NCBI GenBank assembly: GCA_965215265.1
Contig: OZ244048.1
Span: 4,416,001-4,480,000, forward strand
From: Candidatus Poribacteria bacterium
GTDB taxonomy: Bacteria > Poribacteria > WGA-4E > WGA-3G
Direction: 5' to 3'
Length of the DNA: 64,000 bases
A program made the position numbers and the translations under genes. The notes under the pieces were generated by a model, which worked only from the letters and a program-made list of their open reading frames with translations, was not told where the DNA came from and did no database searches. How positions within the stretch are numbered: position 1 is the stretch's first letter; every line of letters begins with the position of its first letter. Below, in pieces: positions 9,435 to 19,024 of this stretch.

Positions 9435-10616
9435 TTATACGACTTCCATGCGGATGCCCGGCACGAATCCCGGATATTCGCCTGCACTGAACGCCGGGTA
9501 ATAGACATCCTCGCCTGTGAAATTGTGAACAGTGACGCTGCCGTCGGCATTTGGGATATGCACTCTGCAGACGTACTCACTTTCGCGGAATAACTGCTGG
9601 GGTGTGGGTTCGGACTTTCCAACCCGGTATGCGGCTAAAGCAGATTCATCTACCGCAATGCCGAGTCCGGGTGTTTCAGCGACCTGAATTGTTCCGTCAG
9701 TTACGACGTGGCGTGTCTCAAGCAGATCGGACTCCCACAGTTCGTGGCATGTAATCGCCGGTAATTCGGCTTTGGAAAGCACAGTGCCGAGGTGTACAGC
9801 ATAAGCAGTGGTTATGCCGGTGCCGACCATCTGTAACCAAAAGGGTTGCTCGAACGATGCACAGAGGGCATTGGTGCGCCGTAGCGTGGTTACGCCGCCG
9901 CCGACAACGAACCCGCCGCAACAGCGTGCGTGTAAGCAGGATTCGTTGAAATGCTCTACGATGCGTTTTTGGATGGTTTCTTGTAGTCTTCCGGCACCGG
10001 CTACATCGGTGCCGAGGTAGAAGGGGCTCTCGTAGATGGCAACGTTCGGATGTTGGTCCAATTGCTGTAAAACCGGGGCGGCATTCTCTGCTGTTCGGAG
10101 GAAGCCGTTAAAATCGATATCGAGGCGATAGTCTTGTGGTACTGCGTTTCCGACGGCTTCTACTTGTGCGAAGATGTCGCGCCAGGGCCGTGCCTTGAGT
10201 TTAGCGGAGGTGTAGCCGCGTTTGACGGATTCTTCGACTTCAGCGACCCAATCCTCTGGTGGCATATCGATATCCCACCACGAGATGGGGCATCGTTCTC
10301 GGACTTTGGGCCCAATGAGTTGATAGACTGGTATCCCAACCGTTTTTCCGACTGCGTCAAATAGTGCCATCTGAATGCCAAAACCGATGCTATCATCGTT
10401 CATGTAGGCAAACGGGTTCTGCCCGATGAGCCGTTGGATGTTATCGGATTCATCGGCTAAATTTTCGCCATAACCGGTGGTACCGTCACTCAGTTCAAGG
10501 CGGTAGACGTAGACGCGTTCTCCGTGCGTCAATGCCCTGTGCATGTGCCGACTGACGCGTTCGCAATAGAAGGGGACATGCAACGGTATCGTTTCAATCT
10601 GTTTGATGTTAAGCAT
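9435..10616 (-). CDS. Mandelate racemase/muconate lactonizing enzyme family (enolase superfamily)
   Basis: GIQMALFDAVGK, KLK, DFN and PGLGIAVDE motifs; GGGAGG RBS before MLNIKQ. Confidence 0.85.
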   Translation of the reverse strand: MLNIKQIETIPLHVPFYCERVSRHMHRALTHGERVYVYRLELSDGTTGYGENLADESDNIQRLIGQNPFAYMNDDSIGFGIQMALFDAVGKTVGIPVYQLIGPKVRERCPISWWDIDMPPEDWVAEVEESVKRGYTSAKLKARPWRDIFAQVEAVGNAVPQDYRLDIDFNGFLRTAENAAPVLQQLDQHPNVAIYESPFYLGTDVAGAGRLQETIQKRIVEHFNESCLHARCCGGFVVGGGVTTLRRTNALCASFEQPFWLQMVGTGITTAYAVHLGTVLSKAELPAITCHELWESDLLETRHVVTDGTIQVAETPGLGIAVDESALAAYRVGKSEPTPQQLFRESEYVCRVHIPNADGSVTVHNFTGEDVYYPAFSAGEYPGFVPGIRMEVV

Positions 10617-10942
10617 GAGGTGCCTCCCAATTTGTCCGTTCAATTCGGGTGAAGGTTGAAAACTTATCTTTCAAGTTTTTTACATTATAGCACGGTTAGG
10701 AAATTGTTGCGTTTCTGATAGTTACAAAATTCTTTGACTCTATTTACGGGGTGTGCTATCTTAAATGATAAAAGATGTCAACTAAACCCGGGTTCATTTA
10801 GTTTTGGACATTTTCGTGGATTTGCAGCGCCCGTCTACGGTGGTGTATTGCGATTTTAGTGTGCATTCTTAAGGGCTAACTAAATCGTTCTATCTGAAAC
10901 GTTAGTCTATAGCTTAGGGTAGAAAAAAAGCGGGATAGTATT

Positions 10943-12073
10943 ATGAGTAAAATTTCACAGGTATCGGTTTTTCCGACAGCTATCGGCATGAAAGATGTTT
11001 TCACTATCGGTACTGGATTTGTCGGTGATAGTGCGGTGGCGGGGCACCATATTTTCGTCAAAATTAAGACAGACGACGGCTACATCGGTTGGGGTGAACA
11101 GCGTGCGCTGCCTTCGTGGAGTTATGAGACGGTGGAGTCTATCACGTCAACGATTCGGTATCACCTTGCGCCGCTGCTATTAGGTCGAAATCCACTGCAT
11201 CTCAATTCAATTAACGATGAAATTTATAGTACATTAAAACCGGCTGTGAGTAACGGGCATCCTTTTGCTAAAGCTGCAGTTGATATAGCGTTGCGAGACC
11301 TCGGTGGACGGCTATTAGATGTGCCGCTGCACACCCTTTTCGGTGGGAAACGTCAGGGTACCTTGCCGCTCTGTTATGCACTGAGTATTGACACGCCGGA
11401 GATAATGGGATTGAAGGCGAAGGCATTGTCGCCTTGCACCTGTTTCAAAGTGAAAGTCGCAGGGGAGCCTGCTGTTGATGCTGAGCGTCTTCAGGCCGTG
11501 CATGAAGCAGCGCCTGATGCAACGCTCTGGATAGATGCGAATCAGTCTTATGTTCCTTCTGGCGCTGTTGAGCTGCTTAAACGGGTGTCAGACATCGACG
11601 GAATCTACTGTATGGAGCAACCGGTTGCGAGTCAAGATTGGTTTGGGATGAAGCGGGTGCGGGATAATACGTCGATGCCTATTGCGATTGACGAGGGGTG
11701 TTTTACCGATTTTGATTTGGCGAAAATTGTCAGGCTTGAATGTGCGGATGCTGTGGTGTTGAAGGTGTGTAAATCCGGCGGCTTAGAGGCGTGTCTCAAG
11801 AGTGCTCATGTGGCGGAAGCGAATTCGCTGGAGCTGCTCGGCAGCGGTTTGACAGAGGCCGGTATCGGTTTCGTGGCATCGGTTCACCTTTTTTCTACCT
11901 TAGCCTTGGTGTTACCGGCGGAATTAAACGCGCCAGCGTTTTTAGAGACGTTGGCCGTGAGCGGTATAACTATCCGTGACAATGTTGTAACGGTTCCAGA
12001 TGGTCCGGGGCTCGGCATCACAGTGGACGAAGATTACATTAAGGCACATCCGCTTAGAATTGCAGGCGTTTGA
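10943..12073 (+). CDS. Muconate cycloisomerase/dipeptide epimerase-like enolase-superfamily enzyme
   Basis: AKAAVDIAL, FKVKV, DANQ, EQP, DEG and GPGLG motifs. Confidence 0.88.
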   Translation: MSKISQVSVFPTAIGMKDVFTIGTGFVGDSAVAGHHIFVKIKTDDGYIGWGEQRALPSWSYETVESITSTIRYHLAPLLLGRNPLHLNSINDEIYSTLKPAVSNGHPFAKAAVDIALRDLGGRLLDVPLHTLFGGKRQGTLPLCYALSIDTPEIMGLKAKALSPCTCFKVKVAGEPAVDAERLQAVHEAAPDATLWIDANQSYVPSGAVELLKRVSDIDGIYCMEQPVASQDWFGMKRVRDNTSMPIAIDEGCFTDFDLAKIVRLECADAVVLKVCKSGGLEACLKSAHVAEANSLELLGSGLTEAGIGFVASVHLFSTLALVLPAELNAPAFLETLAVSGITIRDNVVTVPDGPGLGITVDEDYIKAHPLRIAGV

Positions 12074-12115
12074 ACGTTCGTAGCACGTGGTAAGGCTTTT
12101 GAGGCCTCTCTCATC

Positions 12116-13303
12116 TTATTCGCTGCGATGTATAAAAGAAGCGATGCGGCGATGCATGAAGAGCTCTATTACGATGGCGATGCCTATTGCCACCGCACAG
12201 AGGAGGTACGGACTTTGAACACCTAATGGAGAATCCGCTGCGATACCGCCGAAAAAGGGACCGAGCAAGATACCGACACCGAGCGTCGCTTCATGCCAAC
12301 CGCTTTTGTTGCCCTTATCCTTTTGCCGGTCTAAACCGTAGTAGAGGCTGCTGAAATAAGTGAAGGCGGCAGAGATGCCGATAACGCCAAATGCACATGC
12401 CCAGAGCGGTGTGCGTTGTATCTGCCAGAGTCCAATGAAGCTCAGAATTGCGAGTATCTGCACCGTTAAGAGGGGTGCTAGCCGGTAGTGCCATCGGGTT
12501 GAGTATCTGGTGCCGAGTAGCAGAAATACCGCTGTTTGTAAGGTTCCGAGTGTTAGCATCAAGTTTCCGAACGTCTGTGTGGGAATGCCCATTTCTAATG
12601 TTAGTTTTGGGGTGATTTGCCGGAGGATGCCGAGTGCAAACCACGATGCGAAATTGGCACATCGTGCAAGGTTGAGATGGGTCGCGCGCACCGCGGGTGA
12701 GGGCGAGTCTGGCTTGAGTCGTTCGGATTCAGGTAGCGGTGTCGGCACGGAAGGTTCAGGTTTATTGAAAAAGAACGTTGCGAACGTCAGTGCGCTGAAA
12801 GCGGCGGCAAGGTAGAACGGCGTGAAGGGGTTGGCATCGTGATAGAGGTAGCCTGATGCTGTTGGCCCCAAGGTCATCCCGATGCTCCAGAAGAGATTAA
12901 AAAACATCACTCGCTGTAGCAGTATGTCTTCTGCCTCGCGTTCAGCCAACCACGCTTCGTAAGCTGGCCAAAAGAGTGCCATACTGATGCCGACAGTGGG
13001 GAAAATGAGGAGTAGATGAAAGGCGTTACGGCAAAAAGGGAGTCCGATGGAGGCGGCCCCGAGTAGCAGACATGCGGCGTAAAGGACGTGCCGCCGGCCT
13101 AGCCGGTCGGAGAGCCGCCCGAACGGGATTGCGAGAAAGACAAAAAAAGCCGTGGTTAGCGCCATTAACCCGCCGAGAAACGTTGAGGAGAGCCCCAGGT
13201 AACTGGTATAAAAAGCGGTGTTCGTCAACAAGCCACCGAACGCGAAATCTATCAGGAGTGCGGGCAGATAGACAGTCAGCAATTGACTGAGTTGAGGAAT
13301 CAT
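12116..13303 (-). CDS. MFS transporter
   Basis: ~12 hydrophobic segments, motif A GRLSDRLGRR. Confidence 0.9.
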   Translation of the reverse strand: MIPQLSQLLTVYLPALLIDFAFGGLLTNTAFYTSYLGLSSTFLGGLMALTTAFFVFLAIPFGRLSDRLGRRHVLYAACLLLGAASIGLPFCRNAFHLLLIFPTVGISMALFWPAYEAWLAEREAEDILLQRVMFFNLFWSIGMTLGPTASGYLYHDANPFTPFYLAAAFSALTFATFFFNKPEPSVPTPLPESERLKPDSPSPAVRATHLNLARCANFASWFALGILRQITPKLTLEMGIPTQTFGNLMLTLGTLQTAVFLLLGTRYSTRWHYRLAPLLTVQILAILSFIGLWQIQRTPLWACAFGVIGISAAFTYFSSLYYGLDRQKDKGNKSGWHEATLGVGILLGPFFGGIAADSPLGVQSPYLLCAVAIGIAIVIELFMHRRIASFIHRSE

Positions 13304-13382
13304 AACCTAAGGAATCTCCGACGAGATTTACACACGAGTTGTCAATATCTAAGCGTTGATGGTACGGAGATATACGAAAATT
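13292..13382 (+). repeat. Dispersed ~90-bp element, copy A
   Basis: 86/91 identical and collinear with 20612-20702; core also at 15188-15247. Confidence 0.9.
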
Positions 13383-13497
13383 CGGTGCATGAAGGGCGTT
13401 CCGTAACGGGCGCGGTCCGGAAATTCTGTCGTTCCGGAGCCGCTTACATCGCTTTTTTTGTTTGCTCTGGTAGCGTTGTGCATCTGGACGGCAGTGG

Positions 13498-14490
13498 CTA
13501 TGGTGTGACAATCTCTGCGTCAATCATGTGGTATCCAATTGCGCCTACCGGTTCAGCTTCGATTCCGATTTCGTCTTGCGTGATTCCTGTGTTGGCGGTG
13601 GCTCTGGCGTAGATTTCAACGGGCTCTGCCTTTTCTGGGACGCGCCATTCCCATTTCCAGAGCACCCAGGCCAAGGGTGTATCCTTCGCCCAAATTTCTG
13701 CTTCGTGCCAAGTTTGTCCGTAATCGACGCTGACTTCGACGGATTTGATGCCGCCGTGGTTGCCTGCATCAAACGCTGCCCCGCTCACAGTGTAAGTTTT
13801 GCCGGCGCTGATTTTCTCGTCTTCGCTTGGCGTTCCGATGAGAGTGGCTAACTTGACGGCTGCAATCGGGTCCCACCCGCGTTTTTCCCAATACCCTTCG
13901 TGTTGCGTTGCGAGTTGGATATTGACTATCCACTTCGGGTTTTTTGTGCCGTAGTGCCCGGGGTTGAGCAATCGGATTGGGAATCCGTGTTCGATCGGCA
14001 GCGGTTCGCCATTCATTTCATAAGCGAGTAGCGTGTCTTCGTGCATCGCTTTTTCTATCGGAATAGCGGTATGATATCCGTCGGCACACCGAAAAACAAC
14101 GACTTTTGCTTCCGGTTTCACGCCGAATTTTTGAAGCAGGTCGCGTAAGCGAATCCCCTTCCAAGTTGCATTGCTCATCTGCTCTGTGCCAATCGGGTCT
14201 CCGATACACTTGAGTGTTCGCATTGTCGTCACTGCGTCCATTGCGGTAATGTCCTCAAGCTGCAAAGGGGGACCTGGTTTCTGGATTAATCCGGTGACGA
14301 CTAGGTGCCAGTCTTCTTTCTCCAACACGGCGGGCTCGCCAATTTGGAGGATATAGAAATCGGCATTGGGCGTTATCAAGGTGCTCGGTTTGAGGGGTGC
14401 GGTTTGTGTGGTGTGTGCTTCTAACTGCAGCGGGAGGACGAAGCCTGCTGCACTGATTGCGCTGAGTTTTATGAAGGTTCTTCGTTTCAT
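13498..14490 (-). CDS. Tat-exported molybdopterin oxidoreductase (sulfite oxidase family)
   Basis: KRRTFIK Tat motif, CIG Mo-ligand, LLAYEMNGEPLPIEHGFPIRL, C-terminal Ig-like dimerisation domain. Confidence 0.9.
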   Translation of the reverse strand: MKRRTFIKLSAISAAGFVLPLQLEAHTTQTAPLKPSTLITPNADFYILQIGEPAVLEKEDWHLVVTGLIQKPGPPLQLEDITAMDAVTTMRTLKCIGDPIGTEQMSNATWKGIRLRDLLQKFGVKPEAKVVVFRCADGYHTAIPIEKAMHEDTLLAYEMNGEPLPIEHGFPIRLLNPGHYGTKNPKWIVNIQLATQHEGYWEKRGWDPIAAVKLATLIGTPSEDEKISAGKTYTVSGAAFDAGNHGGIKSVEVSVDYGQTWHEAEIWAKDTPLAWVLWKWEWRVPEKAEPVEIYARATANTGITQDEIGIEAEPVGAIGYHMIDAEIVTP

Positions 14491-14613
14491 TTTTAGGTGT
14501 AACCTTTCGGTTGAGAGTATTTAGAATTTTGCTGTGCTTGCGTGTGTAAAATCGGTTCCAAATTCTGCACGACATCGCTCCGTCAAGAAAAATCTATGCA
14601 GTGTTTTCGTGTT

Positions 14614-14802
14614 TCAACGTGTTTTGTTGGTGTGCATTCGCATGGTAATTTTGACGATGCCTCTAATCATAATGGCTGTGCCGGTTGCCAGGAATAGCGG
14701 CAACCCCCATGTCCACTTAAAGAAATAGTAGGCAATAAAAGTGGCAACCATCAAGAGAATGGCGATATTGAGAAGTGTTCTGTTCTGATACCAATTTTTC
14801 AT
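14614..14802 (-). CDS. Small two-helix membrane protein
   Basis: 62 aa ORF with two hydrophobic stretches. Confidence 0.55.
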   Translation of the reverse strand: MKNWYQNRTLLNIAILLMVATFIAYYFFKWTWGLPLFLATGTAIMIRGIVKITMRMHTNKTR

Positions 14803-15175
14803 AATTTCTTAACTGTATCTCTACGTTGTAACCGGATTTCAGATTTAGAGTTTTGCTGTCGTCCTGTGCTTGCACACTGTCCTTAGAAATGTTAGCATAT
14901 ATACACTTGAATGTCAATTGGTTCGATTGGCTTATGCAACTTCTGATAATTTTTTTGTATACTGGAGCCCAATAAAGGCTGCTGCAATGGACACCCTAGC
15001 ACAAAACTCGTCGGAGGGTTCTGATGTTTTGATTCATAGCATAGAAAACCTCCGATCTATAGATGGCAGGTATAAGGTTATCTTGTCTCATGGACAGACA
15101 AAGTGGCGAGATAGGTAATATCGCGAGTCCTCGAGGGCTCGCTTTGCTACCTTTTACTCGCCACTCACTGGGAAT

Positions 15176-15247
15176 ACCTAACCTGCCACGAGATTTACAC
15201 ACGAGCTATCATTACATAGACGTTGATGGTACGGAGATATACGAAAA
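15176..15247 (+). repeat. Dispersed element, copy B (diverged)
   Basis: 60-bp core is 53/60 identical to copy A; ACCTAA left end conserved. Confidence 0.85.
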
Positions 15248-15261
15248 AGGAATCCGCTAAA

Positions 15262-16602
15262 GTGATGTTGCTTCGTCGTTCCTCCAAAGTTTTGCTCTCC
15301 AAAGCTGCGTGGTGTGCCTATAACACCTATCGTAAAGGGCTTCGTTACCGCCGTCGGCTTTCTCGGGCTGCGTTCTTGCTGGATGCCCCACGTGAATCGA
15401 TTTTCGCTTTTCAGCGTGAACGTCTCCAAAGACTGTTCGATCATGCTTCTGAAACGGTGCCTTATTACCAAAAACATTTGCGGCGAGGTGCGCTGGATAT
15501 ATCCGAGGTTCCGCCGCTTGAAAAAGGGACTGTTCAGACAGAACTTCCGCGTCTCTGTTCGACACTGTTTCCGGCTCGGAAACGGATCCAGAATGCTACT
15601 GGTGGTTCTACGGGTGCCCCGCTCACGTTTTATCAAGATCGGCACTATTGGAATGAACGGAATTTAAGTGTCTATTACTTTGACCGGTGGGCAGGCTGGG
15701 ATTTCGGTATGCCTCAACTGATTGTTTGGGGTTCGCGTGCGGATGTGGAAGGCGTGCAGAGCTGGAAAGTTCGTTTTAATAATTTTTGGCGGAATCAGAG
15801 TTGGCTCAATGGTTTCCGTCTGACGCAGTCAGCGATGCATTTGGCTTATGAGCAGATGGCACGTTGGCATCCTGAAACTATCCTCGCGTATCCTTCATCG
15901 CTGTATCAATACGCCAAATTTCTCTCAGAAAATGGGTTGAAGGTGCAATGGAAGTTAAAGGGCATTATTTGCTCTGCGGAGATGCTCTATGGGCATTACC
16001 GTGCGTTAACAGAAAGGGTGTTCAACACAAAGGTTTACAACCGTTATGGTGGGCGGGAAGTGGGGTTAATAGCGATGGAATGTGCTGCGGGGAGGCTGCA
16101 TATTAACTGTAGAGATGTGTATCTTGAGATTGATAGTCCGTCACCGTATACGGAGCCGGGGGAGATACTCATCACGCAACTGAACAACTATGCGATGCCG
16201 TTTATCCGGTATCGGATAGGGGACATCGGTCGGCTTTCCGAAGAGGTCTGTCCGTGTGGCAATGAATTGCCTGTTTTGGCGGAGCTGCTGGGGCGTACGA
16301 CTGCGACGTTCCGGACGAAAGCGGGAACGTTGATACACGGTGGCTATTTTACACAGCAATTCTATAACCTCGCCGGTGTCAGCCAGTTTCAATTGATTCA
16401 GGAAACCTTAGAGCAGTGTACGCTGAAACTGGTTATTAATACGGAGTGGGAGGCGGCAACAGAGTATTACATCGTTCAGAAGATTCGGGATGCACTCGGT
16501 GGCGATGTAACCGTTGCGGTGGCGTTTGTGGAAGACATTCCAGTTTCGGCATCGGGCAAACGTGCATTCACAATTTCAAAAGTCGCAAGACAAGATTCGT
16601 AG
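15262..16602 (+). CDS. Phenylacetate-CoA ligase/CapK-like adenylate-forming enzyme
   Basis: TGGSTGAP, YGGRE and MPFIRYRIGD motifs. Confidence 0.88.
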   Translation: MMLLRRSSKVLLSKAAWCAYNTYRKGLRYRRRLSRAAFLLDAPRESIFAFQRERLQRLFDHASETVPYYQKHLRRGALDISEVPPLEKGTVQTELPRLCSTLFPARKRIQNATGGSTGAPLTFYQDRHYWNERNLSVYYFDRWAGWDFGMPQLIVWGSRADVEGVQSWKVRFNNFWRNQSWLNGFRLTQSAMHLAYEQMARWHPETILAYPSSLYQYAKFLSENGLKVQWKLKGIICSAEMLYGHYRALTERVFNTKVYNRYGGREVGLIAMECAAGRLHINCRDVYLEIDSPSPYTEPGEILITQLNNYAMPFIRYRIGDIGRLSEEVCPCGNELPVLAELLGRTTATFRTKAGTLIHGGYFTQQFYNLAGVSQFQLIQETLEQCTLKLVINTEWEAATEYYIVQKIRDALGGDVTVAVAFVEDIPVSASGKRAFTISKVARQDS

Positions 16603-16606
16603 CGAG

Positions 16607-19024
16607 TTATTGTGTGCAGATTTCACGGAGGGGTGCGTCGCGTTTTGTCCATCTGGGTATATAAGCCAAAATGAGGCCATCAATCGGGCGCGTTTTATCA
16701 GCGACGATGCCCGTGCTTTGTTCTGCGGTTACGCCCTTGGAAAGGAGTAAATAAAAGGTATCCTTTGCCCAGCCGGGGGTGGTATAGAAGTTTCCTTGCC
16801 CTTTTGAAATGACGAGTTCTGCCTGCAGCAGCATGTTCGCAAACTCAGGGGTGGCTTGATAAAGATTTGTGCCGATAGTCTTTGCGCCTGAAGAGATGAA
16901 TGTGACATCGCCAGCCATTATTGCGGTTTGGAGTTCTTCAAATTGTGGATAATTGGCTATGGTGTGCAAATCTGAGAGGGTGACATCGTTGCTGGCGTTG
17001 TCTGCTTTTCCGGCAACACAGAGCCGGTGTCCGCATTTCGCTAGTTCTTGAATGAGCGCTAAATCAAAGACGGCCTCGCCGTCGTTATCAGCGAGCCAGA
17101 GGATGTGCTTGGGTGTGCTGTCAATCACCTGTTGCTGAAATTGAGGGTAAGAGTCAATGGCAAAAGGGGTTTGAACTGCTGCTTGTAGTGCCTCCGTGAA
17201 ATAGTTCGGATTTGCTTTTAATTTTGCAATGACTCGTGCACTGCTGTAATCGATGATATTCCCTGCGACAACTAACTTCAGCCGTGTTAGCCAATCGTTT
17301 TGCCAAAAGTCTGGCAGGAGTGCCAAGGCGGTTTGACGTGCCTTGAGTTTGTCTGCGTGGTAAGGGTTTGGGTTGCCGGTGTAGAGCGCGACGATTTCAA
17401 AGATACTGCCCCAGAGTTCTTCAGGTGTGAGGCTTTCTATGAGATATGAATTATTGGCTCTTCGGAGTGCGAGGAGTGCTTTCACAGCTTCGCCGGTTAG
17501 CTGCTGCAACTGTGGTGTGCGTGTCGCGCGCGGAATGAGTTCCGCGATGCTATGTGTCTGAACGTGCTGCCGTAGATTCTGCCAATCGGGCAATTCGCGC
17601 TTCTCACCTAGGGTAAAGAGACCGGGGATATAATCCTCAGGCACGATGTCCCTAAAAACAGATGCGGGAACCCCGCTGGGCGTTTGGGCAAGTGGAACGC
17701 CTAAGGTTCTATGTGCTAAGCGTATCTCAGATGGAATGACTGTGCCATACGCCTGGATTGCTGATAATTGAACGCTGTGCCCTATCTTTACGGCATCAAA
17801 GGCGCAATTTTTAATCGAGCTGCTTGTGGAGAGTGCTTGGACGGGCCGGGCTAACGTCTCTGGGACGGGATTCGTCTCAAATATTGTATCCAGTGCGGAG
17901 ACATCTTCCAATCCGACAGCATCGCCTACCGTCGTGTTGCCGTGCAACGTGACGTTTTCAAGCCGGCAATAGTCTCCGATTTGAACGTTCTGACCGAGGT
18001 GCACTCTTCCGAGCAGATAACACCCGGTGCCGATGCCCGGTGCCTCGTTTTCCAAGGTTATTTGCGCGTCCGGATCGACGCGAACGCCTTGCTTAACGAG
18101 AGCGGAGCGGGTGTTCTCAAACAACTTGGCTTCGCCTACCAAGACGTTCGACCAACGGTTCACGCCGGAAAGCACTTGGCTTTGGTAAATGAAAGCGTTG
18201 GTTTTGAGTCCATCTTCATAACAGAGCGAGATGAGATCTACGTGGTGTAGTTCGTTGTTTCGGTTTTTGTGGGGTTTCAAGCGATGAATCCGTTCGAACA
18301 GGGCACTTTTCCGAATCAGTGTAATGCCGGTATTGGTATATGCGATGCCGCGTTCGGAGCGTCTCTGCATTTGCTGCTTTTCTGCGTTGCTCATATCGTA
18401 CCACTCTTTGGTGCAAGTGAGGCGGTCCTCGTCATCAAAGAAGAGTCCGCCCTTATCGACAACGGTCTCGGGTACTTTGCCGCAGAGCGTTACGTCTGCG
18501 CCGGAGAGGAAATGGGACAGCAAAGTCTGGCTAAAAATCGGTTTCTCTAAGAAGGGTTCATCGCCGAATGCGATGCCGACGCATTCGGCATCGGAATTGC
18601 GAAGTGCCTCGAGTGCTGCTTGCAATGCGCCGCCGGTGCCGTTCATCTCGGATTGGACGCATAAAATAGCATCTGCGCCGAACAGTTGGGCTGCTGCTTC
18701 GCGCCGTTCTGCCATCTGTGGGTTAATGACGATGATGTGGGGTAGCTGACCGGGGAGATAGCGTCGAGAGAGTTGGAGGGTGTTGTGTTGCCCGAACATG
18801 ATGTCTAATGTTTTGCTCAATCGTCCGGTGGCATCAATGCGTGTGCCTTTACCGGCGGCGAGGATTACCCACTGAGGGGTGAGTTGGCGTTTAAGCGCCT
18901 CCGCGTCAAAGTCGTCGGGTATGGTGTTAAGGAAGGTTTCTAGTGCAGAAGTGCCGATGGACATTTCTGCAAGGGTGTCGTCTATTTGACAACCGATAAC
19001 CTCTTCGAGGATGCGTGTTTTCAT
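16607..19024 (-). CDS. Fusion: GlmU-like nucleotidyltransferase + left-handed beta-helix + DUF89/ARMT1-like phosphatase
   Basis: ILAAGKGTR, GTGGA, hexapeptide region (LGRVHLGQNVQIGDYC), then GNIIDY, DNDGE, NDVT, SKGQGN. Confidence 0.8.
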   Translation of the reverse strand: MKTRILEEVIGCQIDDTLAEMSIGTSALETFLNTIPDDFDAEALKRQLTPQWVILAAGKGTRIDATGRLSKTLDIMFGQHNTLQLSRRYLPGQLPHIIVINPQMAERREAAAQLFGADAILCVQSEMNGTGGALQAALEALRNSDAECVGIAFGDEPFLEKPIFSQTLLSHFLSGADVTLCGKVPETVVDKGGLFFDDEDRLTCTKEWYDMSNAEKQQMQRRSERGIAYTNTGITLIRKSALFERIHRLKPHKNRNNELHHVDLISLCYEDGLKTNAFIYQSQVLSGVNRWSNVLVGEAKLFENTRSALVKQGVRVDPDAQITLENEAPGIGTGCYLLGRVHLGQNVQIGDYCRLENVTLHGNTTVGDAVGLEDVSALDTIFETNPVPETLARPVQALSTSSSIKNCAFDAVKIGHSVQLSAIQAYGTVIPSEIRLAHRTLGVPLAQTPSGVPASVFRDIVPEDYIPGLFTLGEKRELPDWQNLRQHVQTHSIAELIPRATRTPQLQQLTGEAVKALLALRRANNSYLIESLTPEELWGSIFEIVALYTGNPNPYHADKLKARQTALALLPDFWQNDWLTRLKLVVAGNIIDYSSARVIAKLKANPNYFTEALQAAVQTPFAIDSYPQFQQQVIDSTPKHILWLADNDGEAVFDLALIQELAKCGHRLCVAGKADNASNDVTLSDLHTIANYPQFEELQTAIMAGDVTFISSGAKTIGTNLYQATPEFANMLLQAELVISKGQGNFYTTPGWAKDTFYLLLSKGVTAEQSTGIVADKTRPIDGLILAYIPRWTKRDAPLREICTQ

